From the human T2T-CHM13v2.0 reference genome, Homo sapiens, in the NCBI RefSeq assembly GCF_009914755.1, contig NC_060935.1: a stretch of DNA of 64,000 nt; one strand, 5' to 3'. Below the pieces are notes generated by a model. It was not told the DNA's origin. It was given only the letters and a program-made list of their open reading frames with translations, and did not search any database. This document shows, in pieces, positions 46,474 through 62,039 of the stretch; position 1 is the first letter of the stretch; the number at the start of each line of letters is the position of its first letter. The position numbers and the translations under genes are program-made.

Positions 46474-49400
46474 CTAGGGTGTTTGTGGTCATCTTTTACT
46501 TGGTCTCTTTTCATGCCCTCACCCTCTCTCCTCCTCCTCTGAATACCTGGAGCGTCTTCGCTGTCTTGGGGCAAAGAGAATCAACCCTATCTTTCAAGGA
46601 GGACAGCTGAGGGCCAGGGAGGGGAAGAGATAATAACTGGGTCTGAGGAGGAACCCAGGGGTCTTCCTTCTCCAGTCCTTGGCCAAGAGGCAGCAATTGC
46701 CCAGCCACCAAAGTGAAAGGGAAGGGAAGAGAGGAAAGGAGAAGCCACTGTCCAAGGGGGAAGGGTGTGACCTGCAGGGGCCCCTCGAGTGATTGTCTCC
46801 TATTCCCAACCTGAGCACTTCCCACGACACTCTTCTGAAAATTCTGGCAAGAACAATTCTTAGTGCGGTTGTAGCTGATGATCAGAAAGGGGAAGGGGCT
46901 TCCCTTTGAGCCAGGATCAAAGCACAAGCTTCCTGCTTTCCCATCCAAGGAGGCGCCCCAAAGTTTGGCCTGTGTGCAGAGACGCTGTATCCCCTGGGGC
47001 TCCCAGGAGAGGAGAGCAGCTGTGGAGTCTACCTAGCTGTGAGCTGCTTCTGGGTGGCAGGCACTGAGGAGACCTGGGGTGTCTCTTGGGGGAGCAACAG
47101 AGAAGGGAATCATTTCTAGGGCAGGTCACTAACTGCAGAATCAGAAGGCTGAGGCCAGCTCCCTGATTAGCTGTGCTGTCTTGAGGCATTCATCTTCCCG
47201 AGACTCACCTTCTCCCCTGCCCACGGAAACGATATGACCCACAACAGCCCCACGCACATGCACCGGGTTCGCAGAGATTACACAGCTAATACATGTGAGT
47301 AGGTTCTGGAAACCATGAAGCCCCGCACAGATGTAAGGACTTAGGACTAAAGAGGAGTCTGTGCTAGGAAATGACAGCTGGGTAGTACACCCAACACAGA
47401 CCCTTTGCCACCAGGGAAGGAGCTGGGCATTGCTGGAGGAGCGGGGGAGGGCAGGTGGGAACACTGGTGGAGGGGTCAGGTCAGGCCTGGGGCCCCAAAG
47501 GCAAGGCAGCAGCATGGCCAATCTCCACGGTGTGGTCAAGGAAGTTTCTAGCCCCGGAGCTAGCCATTATACTGCCTGTGCTGAATAACCCTGTCATTAA
47601 GCCTGTGCTTAATAACCCTTGACAGCCATAGCTCCCAGCCCTGAGGGGAGGATGGGATCTCCACACCCAGGCTCAGCCCTCCCTTCCCTTCCCTTCCATT
47701 CCCTACCTCCTTCCATCCCCACAGGCCCCTTTCTGTGACAGTCAGGGTCCTTTGAGCTGCTGCGTCTTAATGACAGCTCTCCCAAGAACCCATTAAGCTG
47801 GGTATTCCTAGGGAGAGCTGGAGCAGGGACTCAGGCCCAGGCAGAGGTCAGAGCCCAAGCCCTGTCCCCGAAGGAAATGTGTCCCATGCTAACTACTCCA
47901 TAGCTGAGGCCTGGAGGGAAGTCAGGGACCCTGGGACTGGTTATCCTGGCCTTGACTCATTACTGTTCCGGAGACCTAAACGCACCCTGAGCCACCAGAC
48001 GTGGGTGTTAACACCTGAGGTCAACCCCCTGACGCTTCCGGCTGCTCTGGAGGAAGCTGGTCCTCCCTCCCACCTCCTGTTTTCCGTGCCAGCCTGGTAC
48101 AGAGTCAAGGGGCTTGGCTGGGCTTGGCTGGGCTCAGAAACGTGGCAGTCAGGAGCCAGCCTGCGGGCAGCGGGGTGCTGGGAGCACTGCAGGGTCCACC
48201 CTGACTGGGGCACAGAATCCAGAAGCCCACTCGGCCCTGGCAGTGCCATCCTAGGCTCTGAGGTGGTAAACTGAGCTGGGCAGTGGGAAGGTCCTAAAGG
48301 GCAAGACAGGCAAGGAGGGGCTGCTTGCTTTGCCTGCTCTCCTGGATCCTTTGCCACCTGGGTGACAGGGCCTGGTGTCACTGTAACCACTCCCCCCCCA
48401 CCAAAAGAAGCTCCAGCCAGACACCATTTAATCAGCCCCTTTCATTGGCCAGCCTCTAAATGGGGCTGGGGATTGGGAGGACCCAATACCTAGGTTTCAC
48501 CCTGCAGGTGCTCAACACAGAGTGTGACAAGTATAACACCAGCAGTGGTTACAAGGTACCCCTGGAGCTGAAAAAGCAATAGATTCTCTCTAGGGAAGTC
48601 GGGAAATTGTCCTGGAAGAGAAACTATTTGCATTGGACTCTGAAGGATGGGCAGGCTCTCTCCAGGCAGGGAAAGCAGGAAGGAGCTCCAGACACAGGGG
48701 ACTGCATGTGTGAACAGCAAGAAAGAGTGGTAGTATAGGGACAACAGGCTCTCGCTGTGGCTGGAGCAAAGACTCCGGCACTCCAGGTCATGGGAGCTGC
48801 ACCTGCCGAGGTGGAAGCTGCATCCCCAGGCCCTGTCCATCTCCCAGGGCGCTTCCAGCCTGACCCTGGGGGTCAAGCTCTGTGCCTGGGTGCTTCCCTG
48901 GAGAAGGGGTTCAGATGTCAGGGCTCCTGCGTGACCCCAGGCCTCTCTCCTCCTCTCAGTCTTCCCTCAGTGCAGCTGAGAACCCAGCAGCCACCTCCCT
49001 AGCCCAGACCCATGCCAAAGCCCAAGAGATCTGAGGAGCTGAATGTAAGAAATGAGGAGAGACCAGCTCAAGGGGGTCATGGGTAGAGGGAGAGATGAGA
49101 AAAACAGACCCAAAACAGAGCTGGGGAACTGCCGACAAGCTTCCCAAAGCCCCAGAAACGCCCCAGGGCAGCAGGAGACAAATGCTTTCAGGCCTGAAAA
49201 TCTCCACGGCCTCAGACTTCCCAGGTGCCTCTTCTGCCCTCAGTCTTCCTTCCTGCTCAGGTGAAAACATCAGCCTCAGTAAAACGCTTCAAGTTCCCAA
49301 GCAAGGATTCCCTGGGACAGTGAACTCCTCCAAACCTAAAGTGCAATCATCTACCACATTTTCTTTTAAACCTGTTGCCACCAGAATGGGAGCTTCTTGA

Positions 49401-50609
49401 GGACAGGGTCTGTGTCTTTTCTGCTTTTAGCCGCAAACCTAGCACAGGGCATGGCATCCATGGCATGGACTAGGCACTTAGTAAATGTGAATGAATGAAT
49501 GAGTGGATTGATGGATGACAGGTAAATAATCAAAGACAGAATCCCCTATAACCAATTTCTGATTTATCTGACACTGAAAACAAGGCTCACCCGAAGTCCA
49601 ATTGGAAAACATACCAGATCTATCTGAGGGGTTACTAAAGTGTTTTTATCCCAGAGGGGGATGGGCATGAGGGAGGCACAGGTCTGAGCCTGCCCGGAAA
49701 CCCTGGTGATAGGGAAGGGGAAGAGTGGGGCAGAGCCAATGTGGCAATCCCCCTGTGACACGTCTAACGCCACCTCCCAGCCTGCCACTCTGACTAACCA
49801 GCACGTCGGCAGCTGAGAAATGTGTAAACAAGATGGAAAACCGCAACAGTCCTCCCCTGCCCGTGGCCCCCAGAGCACCCTCCAGCTTCCTCGCATAATC
49901 CACGTGCAACCAGAAACTCTCGAAGGGTAGCAGATGAAAGGAACACTTGAGGAAGAGGGTGAGAGACATGATGGCCCCTGTCCAGGCGTGCGCACCTGTC
50001 CAGGGGTGGCAGTCGCGTCTCCTGTCACAAAATGTCCTGCACATCAGTCTGGCTGGGCGTCGCCCGCTGGTGCGGTTGAGCCAACCAATGCTTTCAGCAT
50101 ATCCTGCTGTCTCAGTTTCTTCCTCTAAATCTGTATGCATTCATTCATTCATTCATTCAGCATGTGTTCCCTGAGCATCTACTATGTGCTAGGTACTGGC
50201 AAGATACCATGGAAGATTCAGAGAATATGTAAAATCTAGGCCTTCAGTTTTGTGCACTCCATAGATGGAACAGGAGCAGGGGAGACTGCTTTCCCACACT
50301 CCAGACAAAGCCTGACACTCACTCACTCACTGATGTCCACAAGAAGGGGCTAAACATAGAGCCAAGGTCAGCCCCCTCACCTTCATCCCATCTCCACCCT
50401 GACATCACTCACGATCACATCTCCAGTCTCCAGAGAGGAGGGTCTTGCCAGGCTGCTGGGAGAACCTGTCCGGACACGTAGGAGTCACTGGTGGTCTTAA
50501 AGAGAATAATAGCTACAGCGGCAGTATCACATCTCTATCCAAATGCAACAAGGGCCCCATGTTGTGCTTTGAGAAGCACTTTCACATCCAAAATCTCCCT
50601 TCAGTCTAA

Positions 50610-50988
<379 letters not shown>

Positions 50989-52149
50989 TCATGACTTGAA
51001 AAGGGTCATTCAGCCAAGGGCAAAGGGAAAACCAGTAGCTATAATTAACTTAGACTTTCAAGAAGACTAAACTAAAGTTTCATACCCAATGCTGCTCAGG
51101 GAAAAAAAAACCCAAATTACCAGGAGACCATTAACGATAGAAAATTGATTTAAAGAGAGAATATTATAAGTGGATCAGGCCTAGGACTAATCCTATCTGT
51201 GGGAGGAGACAAGAGAAATTTCAGGCTGAGAGTGAGCTCTTCAGAATCACAGACCCTAAGGAAAAACCTTAGAGGTCTTCTCGGCGAGTGGGTTCCCCAA
51301 GCGTACTTTGACCTCAGAGCCTTTAGCTCCACTGAAATCAAATGCAGAATCCTCGTATGGGACACAGAGAGAAAAACAGAGCTGCAGTGTTTGAAAGGAC
51401 TGTCCCCCACCCCCGCCACTTCTGCCCTGCCTCCCTCTCCTCTGCTGCGCCGCTGCGGGGCTCGGTCGAATCCCCCAGGGGTGCTCAGAGCCCTTATCTG
51501 ACCCTGGCCCTCGTCTGCCACAGAAACCTTCACAATCCAGCTTTTGCTCACACATCTGTTTCTAGAAGCTACGGTTGCTGAAAACAATCTTTCCTTTGCC
51601 AGGAGAAAAGACTTTCTGTAACTTCCCCCGTTCCTCCTAGAACTGTCTTTTGCCTTTCTCAGACGGCCACACACACTTGAAGCTTTCATGCTTCCACTGG
51701 TCCTTGCTTCTCTGAACTGCGTGTTCCACCCTCTCTTCCGAGAGAGTTCACACAGGTCACACGACATCACCTCCGGTCCCAACTGCCCTGGTCACTGTCC
51801 CCAGATGCGCTTAGTCCACAGAGTCCCCTGCTGAAGCCAAGCCCCGGGGCCCATGAAATCATAAAAGTCGCTCTTTGCTCAGTTCCTATTACATACATGA
51901 CAGGCCCTCTATGAAGCTCCTTCCCATTAACAATAAATAATTTTTGACTATGAGTATCTACTATGTCATGAACTTCCCAAGTTCTATTTTAATATTGTTA
52001 TTAATAACTAATAAAAATAATAGAATATACTCCATGGGCAAAAGAGCTTTACCTCTGGTTCACTGCTAGGTCTCCAGGGCCCAGAAAGTTGCCTTACTAA
52101 ATGAGTAAACTATTATTGTTGTTGTTATTATTATTACAGTTAACAATTA

Positions 52150-52455
<306 letters not shown>

Positions 52456-53391
52456 TTACCGTGCACCAGGCAATGTACTATATGCTATGCATATCTGGGG
52501 CTCCTTAGGAGGGAGACTTACTGCATCTCTCTTTCTCTCTCTCCCTCTTTTTCACACACACATGAAACTGAGTTTCTTGGTGGTTCAATAACTTGCTAAA
52601 GCCTCAGGCCAATGAGCAAACAGGATTCAGACCTAGGCTGCAGGATTCCACGGCCTGTGCTCTGTGCACTGTAAAACACAACCTCTCCTAGCAAATGTAA
52701 TTTCAGCAAGGAAAAACTTCATGAAGCACTCGACGAGTTATGTGAGTGGGCAGGAAAGCAGTAAAGGAACTTCAGGTTATGCAACTGCAAAGTCAGAGAG
52801 GCAGAGAAGACACTGAAGCACTATTAAAGCACTATTTATAGGATCCTGAGCTCAGAGTTCACAGGAAACAGATCTAGGAGTCACTGAAACCTGTGCCAGG
52901 AGATTGGCTGCAGCAGCCACACCAGCCCAGCAAGGCTGGTTATCACTGGGGCCTCCAGAACAAACGAGAATCCTCAACCCTGCCCCTGTACAGAACCACA
53001 GCACAGACCCTCCTTGAACATGTGTGGAGTTCTGCTCTCCATGCCTGTAGGGTAATTGGGGCAGAGAGCACTAATTTTCACTTACTAAACTCCTCTATGT
53101 TTCAAGCACCAAGCCAGGCACATCACATGTGTCATCAATAATTCTCACCAACAACCCTGTGAATTAAGTCATATTCTCCCCATTTTACAGATGAGAAAAC
53201 TGAGACTCAGAAAAATTTATTAACTTGCTCAAGACTTCATGGCTGGGAAGAGGCAGAGCTGGATTCAGGCCAGTGTCCCTGCCTCAGAGTTCAGGAGGAG
53301 CAGGATCAAGGGACAACCCCCTTCTGATCAAGGCAGCTGAGACCCCTCAAACTGCAAAGACCAACCTAGGGGACTATGAGCAAGTCTGTAA

Positions 53392-53940
<549 letters not shown>

Positions 53941-55136
53941 TGAAAGATGGTATAAACTCTGTCTTTGAACCTTTTTAAATTAACGTCAGACTGCTCCATG
54001 GATGGCAGGTCCTCAGTTCAGGTAAATTGCAAGGTTGAGAGAACCCCTCTAAGCTTTAAAATCCATCAGCCCTTCCCAATGGCAAACCCATGAGGGTCCC
54101 TGCCAGGCTGAAAGGCTGAACTGTGTGGCGGGACCCCTTCTGGCCCTCTCGAGTCCCCTCCAGCCATTGTCCAGGCATTGTCCTCAGGTGTGCAAAGATG
54201 GTGGCACCTTCCTTCCTATCAGACCCTTCCAGGAGGGGAAGGTGGGCTCAGATGGACCCACCACTCTGGAACAGAGGGAAAGCTGAGCAAAGTAGAGCTG
54301 TTGAGAGTTCAGAAAGGTGGGAGAGAATGGGCTGCTTCCCCTAGGACAAAGAGAAGGATCGCAGAGGGATTCCTAAGCACTGCAGTAAACAGCAGCATCA
54401 CCTGGAAGCAGGGCCCTCCAGTGGGAACCAGGTCTGTCTTCAGTTTAATTTAGCCCAAGGGGCATGTACAAATACCTCACTCCTGCCCTTCACATTGTCT
54501 CTGGGGAAAAAGCATAAGCGCTGTGCCTCAGTTTCTCCATTTGTGAAATAGGAATAGTTACATCTTCCCTGCCTCCCCAGCCCTATCTGAACCTAAGAGC
54601 TATGCCCGAACACAAAAGCTGATTCTTAAATGATGGGAGCTGAACAGCAGGCTGGCAGGGGATAATGGCAGGCTGCCTGACTCCTCCCTTCTGCCCCAGG
54701 CCCTGCCCTGGAGCCATTATGTGCTGAGATGGGGGATGAGGTGCTCGGCTCAAATTGCCAATAGGTCAGCACCTATGTGGTTTAGAACAAGGCAAAATGG
54801 TTTCTAATGTAGCAGCCAAGGCTGAGGTTAGACCCAAAGGAAAAAGTGCTGCTCTAATAATGACTCAACGCAAGGCAGTGTTTGTGAGGATGCTCCCTGA
54901 ATTTCTGCGTGAGAGCTTAGATGCCCAGCGGCATATGGCCTGGGCTGGTGGCCGACCTGCCTAGAGACAGAGTAACAGGTGCGATCCCAGGATACTTGGA
55001 AGTCGGCATGATCAGTCATCTCTGAGGACCTCCCATGCACTCTGGGCTGCTGCATCACCACCAGGCTCATCTCAGGAAACTCACTCCCTCCTCTCCTGCC
55101 CCATGATCTTCCAGCCCTCAGTGACCCTCTCCTTAC

Positions 55137-55143
55137 CTGTCAT
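55137..55143 (-). CDS. SMIM35: SMIM35 (TMPRSS4-AS1) first coding exon portion, Met-Thr-G(ly); intron 1 runs leftward through the rest of the window
   Basis: Minus strand reads CTCAGCCATGACAG|GTAAGG: good Kozak, strong donor. Matches the recalled SMIM35 start MTGEDS and the expected location in TMPRSS4 intron 1. The exon's 5' end cannot be determined here. Confidence 0.7.
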
Positions 55144-58100
55144 GGCTGAGACATCCAAGAGAGAGAGCCCTGTTGCCAGCGCAGCAAAGGCATCAAACTG
55201 CCTATTCCAGCTGCAAGTGGAGAGGACACAGCTGCTTGCCGTTGGTTTTGGGGAGGGATGCAGGTTCTGGGGTCAGAGAGCAGAGTGAGGCTCCCTCAGA
55301 GGAGCACTGTGGCCGGGCCCCACTCTGCAAGCTGACGGCAAGCACCTCTGGGTCTCTTGGCTTACCCGAAGAACTTTCCCCACCCCCTCCCTTGGGTTTT
55401 CCCCACTGCTTATTACTGGCCTCAGCAACCTAACTGCCACCTGCCCAAGCCTCAAAGGACCTGTTTATCCCATCACCTAGCAACAGCACCATCTCTGGCT
55501 CTAGGTTTTCCTATGAGACCATGGGAAGCCAGGGCCTTGGACTCCAGGGAAGACTGAAGCTGTCACCCTCTTTTGTGTGCCCCTGCTTTTCTCTCTTTGT
55601 CCACACTCCAGTCATTCCAGCTCTGCCCTTACTGACTTCTTTCCAGAGCAAGTCAATGCCAAGTCAGCATTGCAGAGAGGAAGAGAGAAATCAGGCCCCA
55701 GGGACAGGATGCTTGGCAAGGGAGGCAGACAGGAGCTGGCCGAGCTTTCTGTTCCTTTGGCCTCCTTGAGCTGCCGCCTCTTCTTCCTCTCCTTATTAGC
55801 CTGGTGGACTTGCCTGTTTCATTATGAGGTTATTAACTCTTTCATCCCATCTCTGAAGGGCAGTTCCCAATTACCCAAAGGGATCTTGAGGTTCAGAGAC
55901 ATTGAGGAGTGTGCCCAAAGCCACACAGCAAGTCAGAAGACAAGGCAAGATGAGAACTCATACTCTCCAGGCTGGTGGCTTCTCTGCAGCACACTTTGTG
56001 GCTTCTCTGCAGCCACTTAAGCTTCACTCCATTTAAAAACAAGAGCTGCCTTGTATCTGGGTTCATTCTCTCTGAGCTGGAAAGGAAGTTGACCTTAAGA
56101 TGTCTGTTTGCTTTTTGGAGCTGAGCTAAGCCCAACCAGGAGGTTCCCCATGATCTAAAACAGTGGTAGGGGTGGGGAATAGGAATAAAGGAAGAAGAGG
56201 CAGGTGAGAAAGGTGGGAACTTATGGAAGAAAGGGAAGAACAAATGCTAATATCAATAAAGCCCCTCCTGGGAACCAAGCCCTGCAATAGGCCCCTTTCC
56301 CAACATGCTCTTTGAGGTCTCTTGACCGCATTCATGGATGATATGGCAGAGCCCAGAACTGAGCAAAGTCACTCTACCTTCACACCGAGGAAGAGCTGGA
56401 GAGATGCTGGGGGCAATCTCTGCATGATGACTGCATGCTGGTTATATCCAACAAGGCTGCATTGCAAGGGAGGAGTGATTCAAAAGGACCCAGCACCAGC
56501 TAATGACTGTTACCGAAATGAGTTCCTGAAACCATGGGGAAATGAAATCAACAGTCCACCAAGTCCAGAAACCCGGCCCAAAGGGCTAGATCTGTTCCTT
56601 ACTTGCTCCGAAGCCATAGCAGCTGCCTTTTCTGTAAAATGGGGACAATTTCTCAGGGTTGTTCCATGGATTATATAGGACAGCATTTATGAAAGAAAGA
56701 CATCGTAAATTATATAATAATACTCAACTGCAATAACTAATGGTTCTGCCTCCATATTTGGGTCTTGGATTAATGTCTTCCTCTGCCGGTGACAAACCGA
56801 GAAGCAGGAAAAGAAGATTCTCTGAGTTGATCAGGCAATGGCAGGTTTTCCAGTGATTGAACACCCACCCACTTCCACCTCCCCACCTCACCCGCTACCT
56901 GGGCCCTGGGGGCCTGGGCATTCTTGCCCTTCCACTGTACTGCACACAGCAGGAGCTTCATTCCCGGATGAGCCCCAGGTCAGACACTGGCTGGGCTGGA
57001 CCCATGAGTCAGGGCTCTGCGGCAGACTGAATCAACAGAGAAGACAGGCCTGGCCCAGCCAGTGGCCCAAACAGAAAGGGAAAGGCCAATGCCTTTGCTT
57101 GGTCTGGGCTGGGCCGGGGCTGTAACAGTTGTAGGCAGAAGCTGAGTTCAAGCTGGGGGTAAATAAATACATCTCCAGCAAAGCAGAAGGAAGCACATGT
57201 GTTGTTTGGTGACCTCTCAACTTCCTCCTTCCCTCTATTAACTCCAGGTTAAGACAATTCTATCCGACCTCTGTTTTCTCATCTGAAAATAAGGAAGTTG
57301 CCTTGTTTCAGCTTTGCATCTTCTGATCATGGCGGGGACCCACCATGGTGATGGGGTCTGGCTGGATCTCTGAATTTTACCTGGTACCCACATCTCTCAG
57401 ACCCATTCTCTCCTTTCCTTAGCTCAGGATTGTTGCTTCTGGGCTCAGAGGAGATGCAGCTGGCCATAAGTCCCTATTTCTATCCTGCTCAGGGATGTCA
57501 TCGACATTGATGGCCCCCAGTTGACACTCACAGGCCTAAAATGCACCTACCTCCCTGCCCATGAGCCCCAGTACTCGTGACCTTCTGCAGCTCCTCTTCC
57601 AAAGGTGTATCTGTCCATCAGCTCTGACCTGTCTGTGTCACAGATATTTGCCAAAGAGCTTCAAGAAAAGCCAAAGAATGAGCTACTCATGGGGAAACTC
57701 AGGCAGCACAACAGTAAGGGCAGAGCATGGTGAGGACATGAGTTTGACCTCCTCAAGCCACTCAGCATAGCCAGGTGATGGCTTTTTTATGTTTTCCTTG
57801 AGCCTTGGGTGCATAGCATTGGGGGAACTAGAATCCTTGCTTCATGACTTTTTTCACTATTGGTCCATGCAGGGCCCATTTGTAACTTGCTAGTTAGTTG
57901 GATTTAACAATGTAATAAGCCTCCATAAACCCATCATCCCCAACAAAAGCTGGACTTAATAGTAACCTACATCTAACCATGAGGTTCCCACTCCTGCACA
58001 CACATATCCATCCCTCTCCTGAGGTGGGTAGAGCAAGTGTCTTTCGTTTATTAATTCGACAAATATTGGCTATACATATTTGATAGGCAGGGACTGTACT

Positions 58101-58237
58101 ACAAGCTCCCTGCCCAAGTAAGTTCTTCCCAAACCCCATATTCATCATTCCCTTGCTTCTCTATAGAAAAGATTCTGTGCTATATGTAATCTTTTGGGAC
58201 TAAGTTTTTCCCTTAATATTACATTCTAATATCATCC

Positions 58238-58527
58238 TTATTATTATTTTGAGATGGAGTGTTGCTCTGTCCCCCAGGCTGGAGTGCTGTGGCACCATCT
58301 CACTCACTGCAACCTCCCCTCCCGGGTTCAAGGGATTCTCCTGCCTCAGCCTTCTGAGTAGCTGGGATTACAGGCGCGTGCCACCACACCTGGCTAATCT
58401 TTGTATTTTTAGTAGAGACAGGGTTTCACCATGTTGGCCAGGCTGGTCTCGAACTCCTGACGTCAGATCCACCCGCCTCAGCCTCCCAAAGTGCTGGGAT
58501 TACAGGTGTAAGCCACCGTACCTGGCC
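58238..58527 (-). mobile_element. Alu
   Basis: Antisense dimer. Confidence 0.93.
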
Positions 58528-58879
58528 CCATCCATATTATTTTGTGTCACTACAGTTCATTTGTTTTGACTGCAGCCTAATATGTCACTGTGTGAATATA
58601 CCAGTCAGGTTCGTAAAGACTGAGCTGAGGCTGAGTCCTCAAACTGAGATATTTTCATTAATTCTTTCATTCAACAAATATTTTTTCAATACTCATTATG
58701 TACTGTGCATTGTAGGAGACATCAGGGATATCACAGTTAACAAGATAGTCACAGTCCCTGTCATTCTAGCTTACGGTTTTGCTTTAGTTTATTTTTTCTT
58801 TCTCTCTTTTGGTTTCAAACAGGGATAGAATTTTTTTCCACAACTACTACTCAGTGAATAGCAATTGAAAACATATTAA

Positions 58880-59162
58880 GAGCCAGGCATTGTGGCTCAC
58901 ACCTGTAATCCCAGAACTTTGGGAGGCTGCGGTGGGCAGATCATTTGAGTCCAGGAGTTCGAGACCAGCCTGGGCAATACAGTGATACCTCATCTCTACG
59001 AAAAAAAAAAAAAAAATAGCTGGGCGTGATGGTGCATGCCTGTAGTCCCAGCTACTCAGGAGACTGAGGTGGGAGGAGCCCTTGAGCGCAGGAGGTGGAG
59101 GCTGCAGTGAGCTGAAATCACAACATTGCACTTCAGCCTGGGCGACAGAATGAGACTCTGTC
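58880..59162 (+). mobile_element. Alu (AluJ-like)
   Basis: Dimer followed by (CT)n(CA)n. Confidence 0.92.
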
Positions 59163-59191
59163 TCTCTCTCTTTCTTTCTCTCTCACTCTGT

Positions 59192-59234
<43 letters not shown>
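59161..59234. repeat. (CT)n(CA)n microsatellite
   Basis: Read directly from the sequence. Confidence 0.9.
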
Positions 59235-59239
<5 letters not shown>

Positions 59240-60569
59240 TAGCCACTGTTCAGTTCAGTGATGAGGAATCCAAGGCCCCAGAAAGTGCAGAATATAAGCC
59301 TCCTTTGTGCCTCAGCTTCTAGCACTATTCCGGGTCCATCAAAGTTGTATAGTCAATATTTGTTAAATTAACAATAAACAAAAGAAACTTGCCCTACCTA
59401 CCTCAATGAATGCAGGCATGCATGCACAGGTAGACTCAGTGGAAAAGAATGAATTGACAGGAAAGGGCCCACTTCCCTGCTCCACCAACCACTCTTATAG
59501 CCTCCCACAGCTCAGCAAGCACCCTCTCACCCACGTAACTAAAACCCAAGCACACCCAATCCATCGGCAAGGCCTATTGTTTGTATCTTCCAAACACATT
59601 TGGCGTCTTTTTACCACCAACCTCCTCTCTCCTTATGCCCTTGCCTTGCTCCAGCCATGCCCATCTCTATTCAGTTCCTCCAACCCCCCAAGCTTGTTCC
59701 TTCCCACTTGGCTCCTTCTTGTCACCTCCTCTAGGGAGACCAGCAAGATCCTCCGTAACCATCCTGAGCCCCTCCCTAGAGCTCCCATTCTCAGTCTGCA
59801 TCCAGGCGCTGTCTCCTCTCACCCTGGATTACTCCCTGCATAGCACCTACCCCTCTCTGATCTTTTCTGGTTTATCTGTTTATGGCCTGTCCTCCCCCTT
59901 CCCCTAGCCCTCCTCTCCACCAAGAAACAAGCTTCTTGGGGACAGACCCTCGGCTGTCTTCTTTGGGCACTATTTTCCCCATCTTGCTGGGATGATTTCT
60001 TGATCTGTCTTTGAATCCTCCTGGAGTAGTGCCTGGTACAATGTAGATGCTTTACAAGCATTTGTTTAGTTTAATAATTAATTCTTTAATGCTGCCCATC
60101 CTGGTTGGCAGACAATTGATATCGACTTGACTAGACAAGAGTTAGATGAAAGGACTTTGTAAACTGTTACATGCCAGTTGGGTGTGAATTACTGTTGACG
60201 TTATCCTAACTTGACTCTAGCTGCAACAATGCAGAGTCGTCCGATTGGGTCTCATCTTCAGCCTGGAAAGAGTCTGCTCTATCCAGCCCTGGTGATGGTG
60301 GAGGAGAGACGGCCGGGAATGAACTACAATGCAGAGCTCAAAGTTCAGTCCAGTTCACAGTCATTTATTAAGTTTTTACTAGGTACTAGCCTGGTGCTAA
60401 ACAGCAAGGGTACAAAGGCAATGAGAAAGAGTGGCTAATTAAAAATAAAATGTTAAATTTAAAAAAGCAACCAAAAAGAAAGAAAAAAGGAAAGGAAACG
60501 CTGACCACCCTATGAGAGAAGCCCTGTGATAAACACCTGTACCAAATGCTACAGAAGTGCAGAGGATGG

Positions 60570-61238
60570 TGTAACCGCCCAAGGGGTTCACCTTGCCCGC
60601 TGCCTAGACAAAACCAATTCATCAAGACAGGGGAATTGAAATAGAGAAAGAGTAATTCACGCAGAGCCAGCTGTGTGGGAGACTGGAGTTTTATTAGTAC
60701 TCAAATCAATCTCCCCAAGCATTCAGGGAGCAGAGTTTTTAAGGATAACTTGGTGGGTGGGGGGAAGCCAGTGAGCCAGGAATGCTGATTGGTCAGGGAT
60801 GAAATCATATAGAGTTGGAGCTGTCTTCTTGCGCTCAGTCAGTTCCTGGGCGGGGGCCGCCAGATCAGATGAGGCAGTTTATTGATCTGGGTGGTGCCAG
60901 CTGATCCGTCAGGTGCAGGGTCTGCAAAATATCTCAAGCCCTGATCTTAGAAGCAGTTTGGGGAGGGTCAGAATCTTGTAACCTCCAGCTGCATGACTCC
61001 TAAACCATAATTTCTAATCTTGGGGCTAACGTTAGTCTAGTCCCCAGACAAGAAGGCAGTCTGCTCTGGGAAAGAGCTGTTACCAACTTTGTTTAAACTA
61101 TAAACTAAGTTTCTCCCAAAGTTAGTTCTGCCTACCCCTAGGAATGAACAAGGACAGTTTGGAGGTTAGAAGCAAGATGGAGTCGCTAAGTTAGATCTCT
61201 TTCACTGTCTCAGTCATCATTTTGCCAAGGCAGTTTCA
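60570..61238 (-). mobile_element. LTR8 solo LTR (ERV1)
   Basis: Minus strand TGAAACTGCCTTGGCAAAATGATGACTGAGACAGTGAAAGAGATCTAAC...GGGCGGTTACA; perfect TSD ATGG. Confidence 0.9.
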
Positions 61239-62039
61239 ATGGGAGGGCAGAGGAAAGAGAGTTCCCATGTGAGAGCCCAGCATTTCCCACCAGACAACTC
61301 ATGTAAACCTCACAGTAGTCTTTTGAAGCAGGTTTTATTGTCCCCACTCTACAGAGGGTAAGCCTGGAGCTCAGAGAGGTGAAGGATCTTTCCTGAAAGC
61401 ACACAGTTAATAGGAGGCCGGTCTTGTATTCTGACTCGACCCCTGCAGACTGCAGAACCAGGCTGTGTGCTACATCACAAGGCCACCCATGGCCTAGTGT
61501 TACCCAAGGGCAAGGCCAGGCATGTCCCTCCATCAGACTACAGGCTCGTTTGGGAGGGAACGAAAGAGCTCCTTCCTATTGCTGTGTCCACCGTGCTTAG
61601 CCGTGGAGCAGGAAACACCCAGGGACCCTCCCTCCATATCTAATCTGGGTCACCCACTCAGGGATTAAAAGAGGCCCTCTCACTCCCAAGAGGAACAGAA
61701 AAAATTTCCAGCCAGAAATGTACAAGGTCCTGTGACTCCTTCAACCACCACCAAGGTGGGTCATGACCTCAGCACAATAGGGCAGGCGAGTCCCTGGGTG
61801 GAGACCTAGACCACAGGGTTCAGAGGGCATAAACCCAGACAGCATGCTCCTTTTAACCTTTGCCTGGCAGAAAGGGCCTGCATTTTTTTGTATGTGAGCC
61901 TTTGTGTCAGTGGCTCCTCCATGTGACTCTGTGGCTGTGTGCGTGCTGAGTGCACACATGAAGTGGTGTAAATAGAAATGCCTTTGCGTGTATTTGTGCA
62001 CATGCGTCGATGGCAGCCTAAGACCACTCTCTCAGAAAT

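Noticed and set aside
51150-51782. 210-aa minus-strand ORF
   Set aside because: Non-ATG start, no recognisable domain or compositional signal; length is compatible with chance in 64 kb
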